Source: Spirochaetia bacterium (lineage in GTDB: Bacteria; Spirochaetota; Spirochaetia; SZUA-6; Bin103). From it: a stretch of DNA of 64,000 nucleotides. Position 1 is the first letter of the stretch. Each line of letters opens with the position of its first letter. Made by a program: the position numbers and the translations under genes. Below the pieces are notes generated by a model that worked only from the letters and a program-made list of their open reading frames with translations, was not told where the DNA came from and searched no databases. Below, piece after piece: positions 46,648-57,488 of the stretch. The stretch spans positions 4,032,001 to 4,096,000 of the forward strand of contig OZ241863.1 of assembly GCA_965203055.1 (NCBI GenBank), read 5' to 3'.

Positions 46648-47560
46648 CCGGCGCCCGGCGGCGCTGCTCCAGGTCGGCAGCATCGGCGTCATCGGGCGCC
46701 CGTCGACCGGCAAGTCGTCCCTCATCAACCGCATCTGCGGGCACAAGGTATCGATCGTCTCGCCGGTGCCGCAGACCACCCGCAGCCGCGTGCGCGGCAT
46801 CGTCACCCGGGAGCAGGGCCAGCTCATCTTCCTGGACACGCCGGGGCTGCACCTCAGCGACCGCAAGCTGAACCGCGTGCTGCGCGAGGTGGCGCTGTCG
46901 GTTGCCGGCGAGGTGGACGTGCTGCTGCTGGTGTTCGACGCCGGCCGCCGGTTCGGCCCCGAGGATCAGGCCGTGCTGGCTGCGGCGCGCGGCTTCTCGG
47001 GTCCGCGCGTGGCGGTACGCAACAAGGTGGATCTGGATGCCCCCGGCGCCGGGGGCGGCGGCGGCGACGCCGGCGCCTTGGCGCGAACCATCCGCCAGGC
47101 CGGTATCGACGCGCCGCTTCCGGTGTCGGCGCTGACCGGAGCGGGTGTCGAGGCGCTGGTGGCGCGCTTGCTGGCCCTGAGCCCGCGCGGCGAGCTGCAC
47201 TACCCGGCGGACACCTATACCGATCAGAGCCCCGACTTCCGGGTCGCCGAAGTGGTGCGCGAACAGGTCTTCGCGCGCACCTTCGCCGAGGTCCCGCACG
47301 CGCTGTTCGTCGAGGTGCTGGACCTGGAACCGCGCCCCGCCGGCCTGTGGGTGCGCGCCGCCATCTGCGTGGAGCGCCCCAGCCAGGTGGGCATCGTGGT
47401 AGGCCGCGGCGGCGCCGGCATCGCCGCGATTCGGCGCGGCGCCGAGACCGAGCTGGGCGCCATCTTCGGCCGCCGGGTGGCGGTCAACCTGCGGGTCAAG
47501 GTGCGCAAGAAGTGGCGCCGCGACGACGACCTGCTGCACGGCCTGCGCGGCCGCGGCTGA
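46640..47560 (+). CDS. era: GTPase Era
   Basis: GRPSTGKSSL, PQTTR, DTPG, NKVD, VSA, KH domain. Confidence 0.92.
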   Translation: MSDRRPAALLQVGSIGVIGRPSTGKSSLINRICGHKVSIVSPVPQTTRSRVRGIVTREQGQLIFLDTPGLHLSDRKLNRVLREVALSVAGEVDVLLLVFDAGRRFGPEDQAVLAAARGFSGPRVAVRNKVDLDAPGAGGGGGDAGALARTIRQAGIDAPLPVSALTGAGVEALVARLLALSPRGELHYPADTYTDQSPDFRVAEVVREQVFARTFAEVPHALFVEVLDLEPRPAGLWVRAAICVERPSQVGIVVGRGGAGIAAIRRGAETELGAIFGRRVAVNLRVKVRKKWRRDDDLLHGLRGRG

Positions 47561-47565
47561 CCGCC

Positions 47566-49032
47566 CTACCGGGTGGCCGGCCCGCCCGGCAGCGGTGGGC
47601 GCGCGCCGGTTGCCGTTGCCGGCAGCGGCGCAGCGCGCCCGAACGCGGCGCGCGCCGCCGCCTCGGTGCGCGGCCCGCGGCACCACAGCAGCAGCTTGCG
47701 CGGCAAGGCGGTACCGTAGAGCCGGCGAAACGCCCGCACCGTTGAGGGAGCGGTAAACAGCACCGCGTCGCAGGCGCTCAGGTCCACCTGCAGCGGGGCT
47801 TCCACCGCCGCAGTGCGGTAGGCGGTGACCGCGGTCACCGCGGCGCCGGCGGCGCGCAGGCCCTCCGGCAGCGCGGCGTCGGCAAGCTGCGAACGCGGCA
47901 GCAGGACGCGCTCGCCCGCCAGCGGCCCGCCCGCGCGTAGCGCGGCCAGCAGGCCGGCGCCGGTTTCCGGCCGCGCGACCACGTCGGCCGCCAGCCCGCG
48001 CGCGCGCAACGCGGCCGCGGTGGCCGCGCCCACCACCGCCAGCCGGGCGTGCGCCAGACGCCGCGCGTCGCCGCCGCTTGCCAGCAGCCCCTCCACCAGC
48101 GCCGTCACCGCATAGCGACTGGTCAGAGCGATGATCGAGTGGTCCGCGAGCCGCTCCAGAGCCGCGTCCAGCGGCGCCCGATCGGCCGGCTCCGCGATCC
48201 GTATCAGGGGCGTATGCACCAGTTCTCCGAGGCCGCGGTAGGGCTCCGCGTCGGTACCGGTGACCAACACCTTGCGCGCGCGGCTGAACCAGGAATCGGC
48301 CGCGCGCGCAGGAGGTGGCGCGTCCGCCGCGGCCGGCGGTTCGCCGGCGGGAGAAATGGGGGCGCCGCCCGGCCCGATCACTGCCACCAGCGGCGGCGCC
48401 AGCGGAGAGCCGCGCGCCGCGCCGCCCAGGCTCATGCTGATCGCGGCCTGCTCCGGCCGGCTGGCGTTGCGCACCAGGGTGACCGGCGCCGCCGGGCTCC
48501 ACCCGAGCCGCAGCAGCCGCTGCGCCACCGCGGCCAGCCGCGCCGCGGCCATGTAATACACCAGGGTGTCGGCGCCGGGCACGACCGGCTGCTCGCTATG
48601 GCCGGTGCAGAACGCCACCGACGACGCCCGCCGGCGCCGCGTCAGCGGCAGCTCGGCGTAGGCGGCGGCGGCCAGCGCCGCGGTAATCCCGGGAACCACT
48701 TCGTAGGGAATGCCGGCGGCGCGCAGGAACCGGATTTCCTCGACCGCGCGCGCGAACAGCAGCGGATCGCCGCCCTTGAGGTGCGCTACCCGGCGCCCGG
48801 CGGCCGCCTGTTCCGCCAGCAGCCGGTGGAGGCGCTGCCGGCGCTCGGCGGCCGGCGCCCGGCGGTCGCCGAGCCCGTACACCGGCCGGTCGGAGAAGGG
48901 AATCAGCAGGCGCCGATCCACCAGATCGTCGTGGATGATCACCTCGGCCGCGGCCAGGGCGCGCTGCCCGCGCACGGTAATCAGTTCGGGGTCGCCCGGA
49001 CCGGCCCCGATGAGACTCACGAATGCCGCCAT
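47566..49032 (-). CDS. cobA: Uroporphyrinogen-III C-methyltransferase/uroporphyrinogen-III synthase fusion (CobA-HemD)
   Basis: GAGPGDPELIT, LKGGDP, VVPGITA; C-terminal HemD motifs VGAATA, AYRT, FTAPSTV. Confidence 0.9.
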   Translation of the reverse strand: MAAFVSLIGAGPGDPELITVRGQRALAAAEVIIHDDLVDRRLLIPFSDRPVYGLGDRRAPAAERRQRLHRLLAEQAAAGRRVAHLKGGDPLLFARAVEEIRFLRAAGIPYEVVPGITAALAAAAYAELPLTRRRRASSVAFCTGHSEQPVVPGADTLVYYMAAARLAAVAQRLLRLGWSPAAPVTLVRNASRPEQAAISMSLGGAARGSPLAPPLVAVIGPGGAPISPAGEPPAAADAPPPARAADSWFSRARKVLVTGTDAEPYRGLGELVHTPLIRIAEPADRAPLDAALERLADHSIIALTSRYAVTALVEGLLASGGDARRLAHARLAVVGAATAAALRARGLAADVVARPETGAGLLAALRAGGPLAGERVLLPRSQLADAALPEGLRAAGAAVTAVTAYRTAAVEAPLQVDLSACDAVLFTAPSTVRAFRRLYGTALPRKLLLWCRGPRTEAAARAAFGRAAPLPATATGARPPLPGGPATR

Positions 49033-49060
49033 CAGCCGCCCCGCGCCGGCGCCGCGGCCA

Positions 49061-50949
49061 TCACAGGTAGTACTCGAGCAGCACCTCACGCTCGCGCAGC
49101 AGGCGGCGCACCGCGGCCACCGCCTGCGCCGCCGGGGTGGCGGGGGGGAGCGCGAGGTCGGCGTTCACGCCGTGGCGGTCGGCGCCGACGCGAATCACCA
49201 GCAGGTCATGCGGCCGGCCCAGGATGCGCAGGGTCTCCGCTTCGTAGGAATCGAGATCGACCACCGTGGTGATCACGATCTGGCCGGCGTCGCACAGAAT
49301 GTGGGCCACCTCGCCGAGGCGCCTCACCTGCTCCCCGCGATCCTCGCCCGCTACCGCAGCCGCGCCCTCCGGCGCCGCGTTCATGTCCGCATCCAGGCCG
49401 CGCGCGAGATTGGACAATCCCAGGTAGTAGGCGCTGCGGCCGGCGTGGAACAGATCCCCCTCCAGGCCGCGCGCCACTTCCTGCAGCGGCCGCTGCTGCG
49501 GGCCGGTGAGCACCACCAGCCGGGGGCGCTGGCCGTAGCGCTCGATCCGTTCCTGCTGGGTAATGGAGCCGCGCACCCACGCGTAGTCGCGCTGCTTGAC
49601 GTGCTCGCTCAGGGCGTCCCTGAGGCCGGACAGATACTCGGTGATGATGCCGCCGCCGGCGATCTCGTACTCATCCACCAATACGAAACGGCCGGTGACT
49701 GCCAGATCGGCGCCCAGGCCCAGGTCGAAGGCGATCGGCTTGTGAGTCTCCAACACGCATTCGGCGACGTCGTGGCGGCCGACGTGCGCGGGCCGTTCGC
49801 GCTCGCTGCCGCGGCTCTCCAGGCTGGCGGCGTCCAGCACCCGCACGATCTCCTTGACGTGCGCCGTCACGCGCGTCGTGGCCAGCTTCAGACGGTAGCG
49901 CCTGCCGCGCACCAACGGGTTGCGGCCGAGCCAGAAGAGGTTGCCGCGGAACGTGGTTCCCACCCGCGGCGCGGGTTCGCCGACGCGGTACATCACCTCG
50001 CCGGGACGGACGTAGAGTTCCTCGCTGAGGGTGATGCCGGTGGCGCTGCCGGCGCTCGCCGCGCGCGGCGGCGCCATGTTGAACCCTTCGATGCTGCGCA
50101 CGCGGGAACGTTTGCGGGAGGGCAGAAACTCCACCGCGTCGCCCACGCGCACGCTGCCGCTGGCCACGGTGCCGGCGATGATCCGGGCGTCGTTGCCGCG
50201 CACCGGGAACTTGTATACGTCCTGCACCGGCAGCCGCAGCGCCTGCGCGGTCGAGGCGCCGGCGCTGGCGAAGGCGTCCATCTGTCGCACCAGCGGCGCG
50301 CCGGCGAACCACGGCGTGCGCGCCGACGGCGCCGCCAGATTGTCGCCGCGGCGCCCGCTCACCGGAATGAAGGCGCGCGGTTGCACCTCGATCTCATTCA
50401 GGAACGCCGCGTATTCCTCATGGATCGCCGCGAACACGGCCTGGTCGTAATCCACCAGGTCCATCTTGTTGACCGCCACCACGAGCTGGCGGATGCCGAG
50501 CATGGCCGCCAGGTAACCGTGCCGCCGGGAGTTCTCGCGCACTCCCTCGTGCGCGTCGATCACCAGGATCGCCGCTTCGGCGCGGGCGGCGCCGGAGATC
50601 ATGTTCTTGAGGAACTCGATGTGTCCCGGCGCGTCGATGATGATGTAGCGCCGCTTGGCGGAGCGGAAGAAGACGCGCGCGGCGTCGATGGTGATGCCCT
50701 GCGCCTGCTCGTCCCGGAGGGCGTCGATCAGGAACGCGTACTCGAACGGCTTGCCGCTACGTTCGCAGTTGCGGCGCACCTGATCGATCTTGCCGCGCGG
50801 CAGCACGCCGGTATCGTGCAGCAGGCGTCCCACCACCGTGCTCTTGCCGTGGTCGACGTGGCCGATCACCACCACGTTCATCACCGCCGGCTCCGGCTGC
50901 GCCGCGGCGGCTGCCGGCGTTGCCGCGGCGGCGGCGGTTGCCGCGGCCA

Positions 50950-50950
<1 letters not shown>
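49061..50950 (-). CDS. cysN: Sulfate adenylyltransferase large subunit with degenerate APS-kinase-like C-terminal domain
   Basis: [41 protein letters not shown]-terminus lacks kinase P-loop. Confidence 0.9.
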
Positions 50951-51827
<877 letters not shown>

Positions 51828-51831
<4 letters not shown>

Positions 51832-52595
51832 CGTTCGTCCGCTCCGCCGGCGGAGCGCTCCCTGACGGGATGCAGCCCGCACTCCTTGGCCAAGCCCTGT
51901 TCCCACCACCAGCGGCCGGCGCGCGCCGGTTCGCCGGGCGCCACCGCGCGGGTGCACGGCGCGCAACCGATGCTGATGAAGCCGCGGTCGTGCAGCACGT
52001 TGTAGGGCACCTCATGGGCGCGCAGGTAGTCCCAAACCTGCGCCTCGCTCCACTCCGCCAGCGGGTTGGCCTTTACCGCCCGGTGGGCGGCGTCCCATTC
52101 GAGCGGGGGCGTGGCCGCGCGCTCCGGGCTCTGCGCGCGGCGCAGACCGGTGACCCAGGCCGCGGCGTCGGCGAGCGCCCGGCCCAGCGGCTCCACCTTG
52201 CGCACCGCGCAGCAGCGCTTGCGCCCCTCGACACTGGCGTAGAACAGATTGGGCCCCGCGCCGCTGACCATTTCCTGCAGCGCGCCCGCGGCCGGCGCCA
52301 GCACCTCGTAGCGCATGCCGTAGCGGCTCATGGTGCGCGCCATCACGTCGTAGGTCTCCTGATGCAGACGGCCGGTGTCGAGCACGAAGATGCGCGCCTG
52401 CGGGTCGATCCGCAGCAGCATGTGGGTGAGCGCCTGATCCTCGGCGCCCAGCGACGAGGCCAGCTTCAACGCCCGGCCGTAACGCTCCACCAGGGCGCGC
52501 AGCAACGCCTCGGGACCGCGCGCGGCGTGCGCCGCGAGCTCCTGCAGCGCGGCCGACGGCGCATTCCGGTCTGCGCGAACGTTCATCGCGGGCAC
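51828..52595 (-). CDS. cysH: Adenylyl-sulfate (APS) reductase, [4Fe-4S] CysH type
   Basis: [38 protein letters not shown]. Confidence 0.92.
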
Positions 52596-52596
52596 C

Positions 52597-53019
52597 TCAT
52601 ATCTGATAGGTGAGCTGAGGCCGGGAGCGGTGCTTGTCCCACACCAGATCGGCCAGCGAAACCTGCAGCGCGCGGCTGGCGCCCTCGGCGGCGCGCTGCA
52701 ACGGCGCCGCCAGCACCTCGTCGCTCCACGGTCCGGCGCTCAGCTCCACCGGACCGTCGAGGCAGGTGAGAACCTCCAGCACCGAGATCTGCGCCGGATC
52801 GCGGGCCAGCGCGTAGCCGCCGCGGCTGCCGCGGTAGCTGCGCACCAGCAGCGCGCGTTTGAGCTGCGCCAGCACCTGCTCCAGGAACTGCTGGGGAATG
52901 CCCTGACCGGCCGCCACCTCGCGGATCTGGCGCGGTCCGCGGCCGGCGTGGAGCGCCAAGTCATAAGCGGCCTGCAGGCCGTAGCGTGCTTTCGCGGAGA
53001 GCGCCCACACGTGCAACAA
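52597..53019 (-). CDS. Rrf2 family transcriptional regulator (CymR-like, no Fe-S cysteine triad)
   Basis: LSAKARYG, FLEQVL..LKR..LV.S.RG..GGY.LAR. Confidence 0.9.
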   Translation of the reverse strand: MLHVWALSAKARYGLQAAYDLALHAGRGPRQIREVAAGQGIPQQFLEQVLAQLKRALLVRSYRGSRGGYALARDPAQISVLEVLTCLDGPVELSAGPWSDEVLAAPLQRAAEGASRALQVSLADLVWDKHRSRPQLTYQI

Positions 53020-53031
53020 TGCCCCCTTTGT

Positions 53032-53065
53032 CAGGTAACCTGATCTGTTTGGTCAAGATTACCTG
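53032..53065. promoter_or_regulatory. Imperfect palindrome, candidate Rrf2 operator of the cys operon
   Basis: CAGGTAACCTGATC-tgttt-GGTCAAGATTACCTG; AT-rich, directly upstream of the Rrf2 gene. Confidence 0.6.
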
Positions 53066-53156
53066 GGGCCTAATCTACGCCCCTCAGAGCCGCTCCGTCA
53101 ACCGGTACAGCAGCCGCCGCACCGTCTGGTTCGGAATCGCGAGCCGCGGCAGGTCA

Positions 53157-54293
53157 TCACGCACCGCGCGAATGCTGCAGCATTACTCCGGCGCCGTAGC
53201 ACAGCGCCCCGTCCGCGCCGCCGTACAGGACGGCGAATTGACCGCCGGCGATGCCGGCCGGCGGCTGATCGAACGTCAGTTGCAGCGCGGCGCCATTGCC
53301 GTTCGCCGCGGACAGGACCGCGAGCCGGCACGGCCGCGGCTGGTCGCCGTGGCGCACCCGCGCCAGCAGGGGCTGCGCCGGCAGCGCGTCCGGCGCCGGC
53401 GGCTCCAGCCAGTTGCAGTCGGCAAGCAGTACCGAACGCGGCGCCGCGGCGGCGGGATCGCGCGCCACGTATACCGTATTGGAGGAAACCTCCTTGGCCG
53501 CCACGTACCACGGGCCGTCGGCCAGCCCCAGCCCCTGGCGTTGGCCGATGGTGTGGAACCAGTGGCCGCGGTGCGAGCCGAGCAGCGCGCCGCCGGTCAG
53601 TTCGCGGATCGGCCCGGGCGCCTCGCCCAGGTGAGCGCGCACGAAGGCGGGATAGCTCAGCTTGCCGAGGAAGCAGATGCCCTGACTGTCCCGGCGGTCG
53701 CTCGGCGCCAGACCCCGCTCCCGCGCCAGCGCGCGCACCTGCTGCTTGCGCAGCCCGCCGAGCGGGAAGCGCAGCCGGCGGAGCTGGCCGCGCCGAAGAT
53801 AGGCCAGGAAGTAGCTCTGGTCCTTGACCGGGTCCACCCCGCGCAGCAGTCGGCAATGCCCGTCCGGCGCCGGCGCGAGGCGCGCGTAGTGCCCGCTGGC
53901 CACGGCGTCGTAGTCGGCGCCGATGCGGTCCACGAACGCGCCGAACTTGATCGTCCGGTTGCACAGCACGTCGGGACTCGGCGTGCGTCCGGCGCGCAAG
54001 GCGCGCAACACGTACTCCACCACCGCCTGCTGGTATTCGGTCTGCAAGGGAACCACCTGCAGCGGCACCCGCAACTCGCGGCACACCGCGCGGGCGTAGC
54101 GCAGGTCCTCCTCCCACGGGCAGTCGCCGAGGAACGCCAGCTCCTCCTCCAGCCAGATCTTCAGGTAGAACGCGGTGAGCCGATGGCCGGACTCGCGCAG
54201 CAGGGCCAGCGCCAGCGCGCTGTCGACCCCGCCCGAGAGCAGCACCGCGATGCGCTCGCGCCGCGGGCGCGCCGCCGCGGGCGCCGCCGTCAC
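53157..54293 (-). CDS. mnmA: tRNA 2-thiouridine synthase
   Basis: SGGVDS, GRTPSPDVLCN..IKFG, SGHYAR, KDQSYFL, DSQGICF, TIGQRQG. Confidence 0.95.
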   Translation of the reverse strand: MTAAPAAARPRRERIAVLLSGGVDSALALALLRESGHRLTAFYLKIWLEEELAFLGDCPWEEDLRYARAVCRELRVPLQVVPLQTEYQQAVVEYVLRALRAGRTPSPDVLCNRTIKFGAFVDRIGADYDAVASGHYARLAPAPDGHCRLLRGVDPVKDQSYFLAYLRRGQLRRLRFPLGGLRKQQVRALARERGLAPSDRRDSQGICFLGKLSYPAFVRAHLGEAPGPIRELTGGALLGSHRGHWFHTIGQRQGLGLADGPWYVAAKEVSSNTVYVARDPAAAAPRSVLLADCNWLEPPAPDALPAQPLLARVRHGDQPRPCRLAVLSAANGNGAALQLTFDQPPAGIAGGQFAVLYGGADGALCYGAGVMLQHSRGA

Positions 54294-55006
54294 GGGCCGC
54301 GCCGCCGGTGACGAACACCGCCGGCGGCGCCCACCAGTAGGTCGGTGACGCAGCCGGTAAAGAGGCCGTTCTCCACCACCCCGGGGATGGCCGCGAGCTC
54401 CGCTTCGCCGCGCGCGGCGTCGAAGGGAGCCGGCGGCCAGGCATCGACCAGCAGGTTGCCGTGATCGGTGATCACCGGTCCCTGCTTGCGCACCGCGATC
54501 CGCACCGCGCTGCGGAAGCCGCGCTGCCGCAGCGTAGCGCGCACCGGCGCGAGCGCCGCCGGCACCACTTCCACCGGCACCGGGCAGCGGCTGGCGAGGC
54601 GCGGCACCAGCTTCGATTCATCCACCACGATCACGTAGCGGCGGCTGGCCGCGGCCGCCACCTTCTCGCTGAGCAGGGCGCCGCCGCCGCCCTTGATCAG
54701 GTCCCAGGCCGGGTCTACCTCATCGGCGCCGTCGATGGTCAGATCGAGGGCGCCGGCTACCACCGGGTCGTTGAGGGTCACCAGGTTCAACCCCAGCTCC
54801 CAGCACTCGGTCTGGGTCTGCGTACTGGTGGGCACCAGGGCGAGGTCGCGCAACGTCCCATTGCGCACCCGCTCGGCGATGGCGCGCACCGCGTGCACCG
54901 CGGTGGAGCCGGTACCGAGCCCGATCCTCATCCCCGACTCCACCAGCGCCGCGGCGGCGCGGCCCGCCGCGGCCTTGGCCTGCGCCGCGCCCGGCGGGCC
55001 GCTCAC
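54290..55006 (-). CDS. rpiA: Ribose-5-phosphate isomerase A
   Basis: GLGTGST, IDGADEVD, IKGGGGAL, ITDHGN, PGVVENGLF. Confidence 0.95.
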   Translation of the reverse strand: MSGPPGAAQAKAAAGRAAAALVESGMRIGLGTGSTAVHAVRAIAERVRNGTLRDLALVPTSTQTQTECWELGLNLVTLNDPVVAGALDLTIDGADEVDPAWDLIKGGGGALLSEKVAAAASRRYVIVVDESKLVPRLASRCPVPVEVVPAALAPVRATLRQRGFRSAVRIAVRKQGPVITDHGNLLVDAWPPAPFDAARGEAELAAIPGVVENGLFTGCVTDLLVGAAGGVRHRRRGP

Positions 55007-56652
55007 GGCGCTGCCGCGGCGTACGGCGCCAGCAGCGGCGCGAGCCGGTCGCGTCCGCTGAGCAGGATGAAGTCGGCCAGGCGAGGCCCCCGATCGGCGC
55101 CGAGCAGCGCCCGATAGGCCGCCTTGAACAGCTCCTGGGGCGGCACCTCTTCCTCCTTGGCGATCGCATAGATGCGGTCGGCGAGGGAAGCGCCGTCGTG
55201 GCACTCCAGCCGGTCGAGCTCATGGTACAGCCGGCCAAGCGCCGCGGCCGCCGCCGGCGGCAGGGACGGAGGCGGATCGCCGGGACGCCGCAGGCGAAAG
55301 CGCATGGCCGGCGGGGCGTAGCCGGCCAGCCAGGCGGCGGCGGCCTCGGCCCGCGCCTCGAGGCGGCGGCGCGCGTCCGCGGCGGCGGGCGCCGCCAGCC
55401 CCAGCTCCCGCACCAGCGCGGCCGCCGCGGCGGCGTCGTCGCCGTCGCGGAGCTGGATCAGGTTGCACAGGTGGCGGAACGGCACCTGCGGCGCCATCCG
55501 GTCCGGCACGTCCTCGATCTGCGCCAGCTCGTAGGCGCGGCGCACGCGGTCGCGGCGTTTGGCTCCCATCCGCTCGGCGCCGAAGTACACCCGTTCGGCG
55601 CGGTCGTAGTCTTCGTAGATCTTCAGGACGTCGAGATCGAAGGAGACCACGAACTCCGCCTGGGGACGGGTAGCGGCGTAGAGAAACCGCACCACCTCCG
55701 GCTGATAGACGGTGAGCACCTGCTCGATGGTGACGGCGTTGCCGGCGGAGGAAGCGATCCGTCCGGCGCCCCCCTTGATGCCCACGTCGCCGTACAGGAA
55801 AGTGACCGGCGGTTCGCAGCCGTACACCTCACGGGCGATCGGGGCGCCGGTGTCGAAGGAACCGCCGGCGGTGAGGTGATCCTTGCCGGCCGGCTCGAAG
55901 TCCACCCCTTCGTGCGCCCAGCGCATCGGCCAGTCGACGCGCCACAGCAGCTTGACGGCGCCGGAGCGCGTCAGCTCCACTTGCTTCTCGCTTCCATCCA
56001 CGTCGCGGTAGGTCACGGTGTCGGCGCCGTCCCAATCCAGCACCGTGGTGTCGTCGGTACCGTCCAGCTCCGAATAGATCGTGATCGGCCAGTAGTCCTC
56101 CGGCAGCGGCGAGTCGCGGTGCCGGTCGAGGATGGCGCGGATCGCGCCGCGGCGCGCCAGGGCGGTGCGGATGCCGGCGGCGTAGCGCGCCGCCCGGTAG
56201 CGCTGGGCCTGGTACCGGTACTCGGGCCGAATCCCCAGCCGCGGCAGCACCTGCTCCAGGCTCCGCTCGAACCCGGCCGCGTAGTTGGGGGCGGCGCCGT
56301 AGGGATCCGGCACCGCCACTACCGGCTTGCGCAGGTGGCCGGCAAGCTCCTCCTGCCGCGGCAGGTTGGCGGGCACCTTGCGGAACACGTCGTAGTCGTC
56401 CCACGAGTAGATGAACCGCACCCGCCGGCCGCGGTCGCGCAGCGCGCGCGCCACCAACTCGGCGGACATCACCTCGCGCAAATGGCCGAAGTGAACCGTT
56501 CCGGAGGGCGCCACTCCGGACGCCACCACGTAACACTCGCGGTCGCCGCGCTGGCGGATGATGCGCTCGGCGGCGGCGTCAGCCCAGTGACCGGCGTGCA
56601 TGGCGGGCGCGCCCGAAGGTGGCGGCGCTGCGGCGGCTGCGGCCTGCGTCAT
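55003..56652 (-). CDS. lysS: Lysine--tRNA ligase, class I
   Basis: HWAD, SG..PSG.VHFGHLRE, WDDYDVFRKVP, KL.WRVDWPMRW, DFEPAGKDH, GPRLA.F. Confidence 0.95.
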   Translation of the reverse strand: MTQAAAAAAPPPSGAPAMHAGHWADAAAERIIRQRGDRECYVVASGVAPSGTVHFGHLREVMSAELVARALRDRGRRVRFIYSWDDYDVFRKVPANLPRQEELAGHLRKPVVAVPDPYGAAPNYAAGFERSLEQVLPRLGIRPEYRYQAQRYRAARYAAGIRTALARRGAIRAILDRHRDSPLPEDYWPITIYSELDGTDDTTVLDWDGADTVTYRDVDGSEKQVELTRSGAVKLLWRVDWPMRWAHEGVDFEPAGKDHLTAGGSFDTGAPIAREVYGCEPPVTFLYGDVGIKGGAGRIASSAGNAVTIEQVLTVYQPEVVRFLYAATRPQAEFVVSFDLDVLKIYEDYDRAERVYFGAERMGAKRRDRVRRAYELAQIEDVPDRMAPQVPFRHLCNLIQLRDGDDAAAAAALVRELGLAAPAAADARRRLEARAEAAAAWLAGYAPPAMRFRLRRPGDPPPSLPPAAAAALGRLYHELDRLECHDGASLADRIYAIAKEEEVPPQELFKAAYRALLGADRGPRLADFILLSGRDRLAPLLAPYAAAAP

Positions 56653-56759
56653 CTCGCCGCCGAGTATAGAACCGCGCCGCAGCGCCGGCAATCGCGCCGC
56701 GCCATCCGCGCCATCCTCAGCGGTACCCTCATTGGGCATAGGACGGCTATCATAGGGAC

Positions 56760-57425
56760 GTGCCCTTGGGAAAGACGCTGCTAAAAACGTTGGTACTGGC
56801 CGTCGTGATCTGTGCCGGAGCGGTGGGCTGCGCCACGCGGGTGGCGATTTCGCCGGCCGACCAGGCGGCGGCCGCCGAGGCCGTCGCCGCCGGCCGGTGG
56901 CAGCCGCAAGTCGGAACCGCCTCCTGGTACGGGTCCGACTTTCACGGCCGCACCACCTCCAACGGCGAAACCTACGACATGTACGCGCATACCGCGGCGC
57001 ACAAGACGCTGCCGTTCAACACGGTGGTCCGGGTCACCCACCTTGCCACCGGCGCAGCCACCGAGGTGCGCATCAACGACCGCGGCCCGTTCGTGGGGGA
57101 GCGCATCATCGATCTGTCGCTGGCTGCCGCCCGCGATCTGGACATTGTGCGCACCGGCACGGCGCAAGTACGCATCGAGGTGATCCGTCCCGGCGACCCG
57201 CCGGCGGTCTACCTGATCCAGGTGGCCTCGTTCCGCGAGCACGACAATGCCCGCGCCCTGCTGGACCGGTTGCGGCGCGCCGGTTTCGCCGCGGAACTCC
57301 GCCAAGGCGGAGACTTTACCCGGGTAGTGATTCCGGGTCTCGACGCCAACGCCGCACTGCAGGTGCAACAACGCCTGCGGGAGCGGGGCTTTCCGGAGGG
57401 GCTGCGCCGCCCTGACAGCCGTTGA
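56760..57425 (+). CDS. rlpA: Septal ring lytic transglycosylase RlpA (lipoprotein with SPOR domain)
   Basis: AVGC lipobox, GTASWYG, TAAHKTLP, RINDRGPF, IIDLS, IQVASF. Confidence 0.92.
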   Translation: MPLGKTLLKTLVLAVVICAGAVGCATRVAISPADQAAAAEAVAAGRWQPQVGTASWYGSDFHGRTTSNGETYDMYAHTAAHKTLPFNTVVRVTHLATGAATEVRINDRGPFVGERIIDLSLAAARDLDIVRTGTAQVRIEVIRPGDPPAVYLIQVASFREHDNARALLDRLRRAGFAAELRQGGDFTRVVIPGLDANAALQVQQRLRERGFPEGLRRPDSR

Positions 57426-57488
57426 CCGGAACCGCAACGCCGCGGTTGGGCAGACTGGCAGCCGCTTCCGCGGTTCGTGACGGTGTGT

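Noticed and set aside
47566..49032. Full siroheme synthase CysG
   Set aside because: No N-terminal dehydrogenase/ferrochelatase domain; the C-terminal domain is HemD-like
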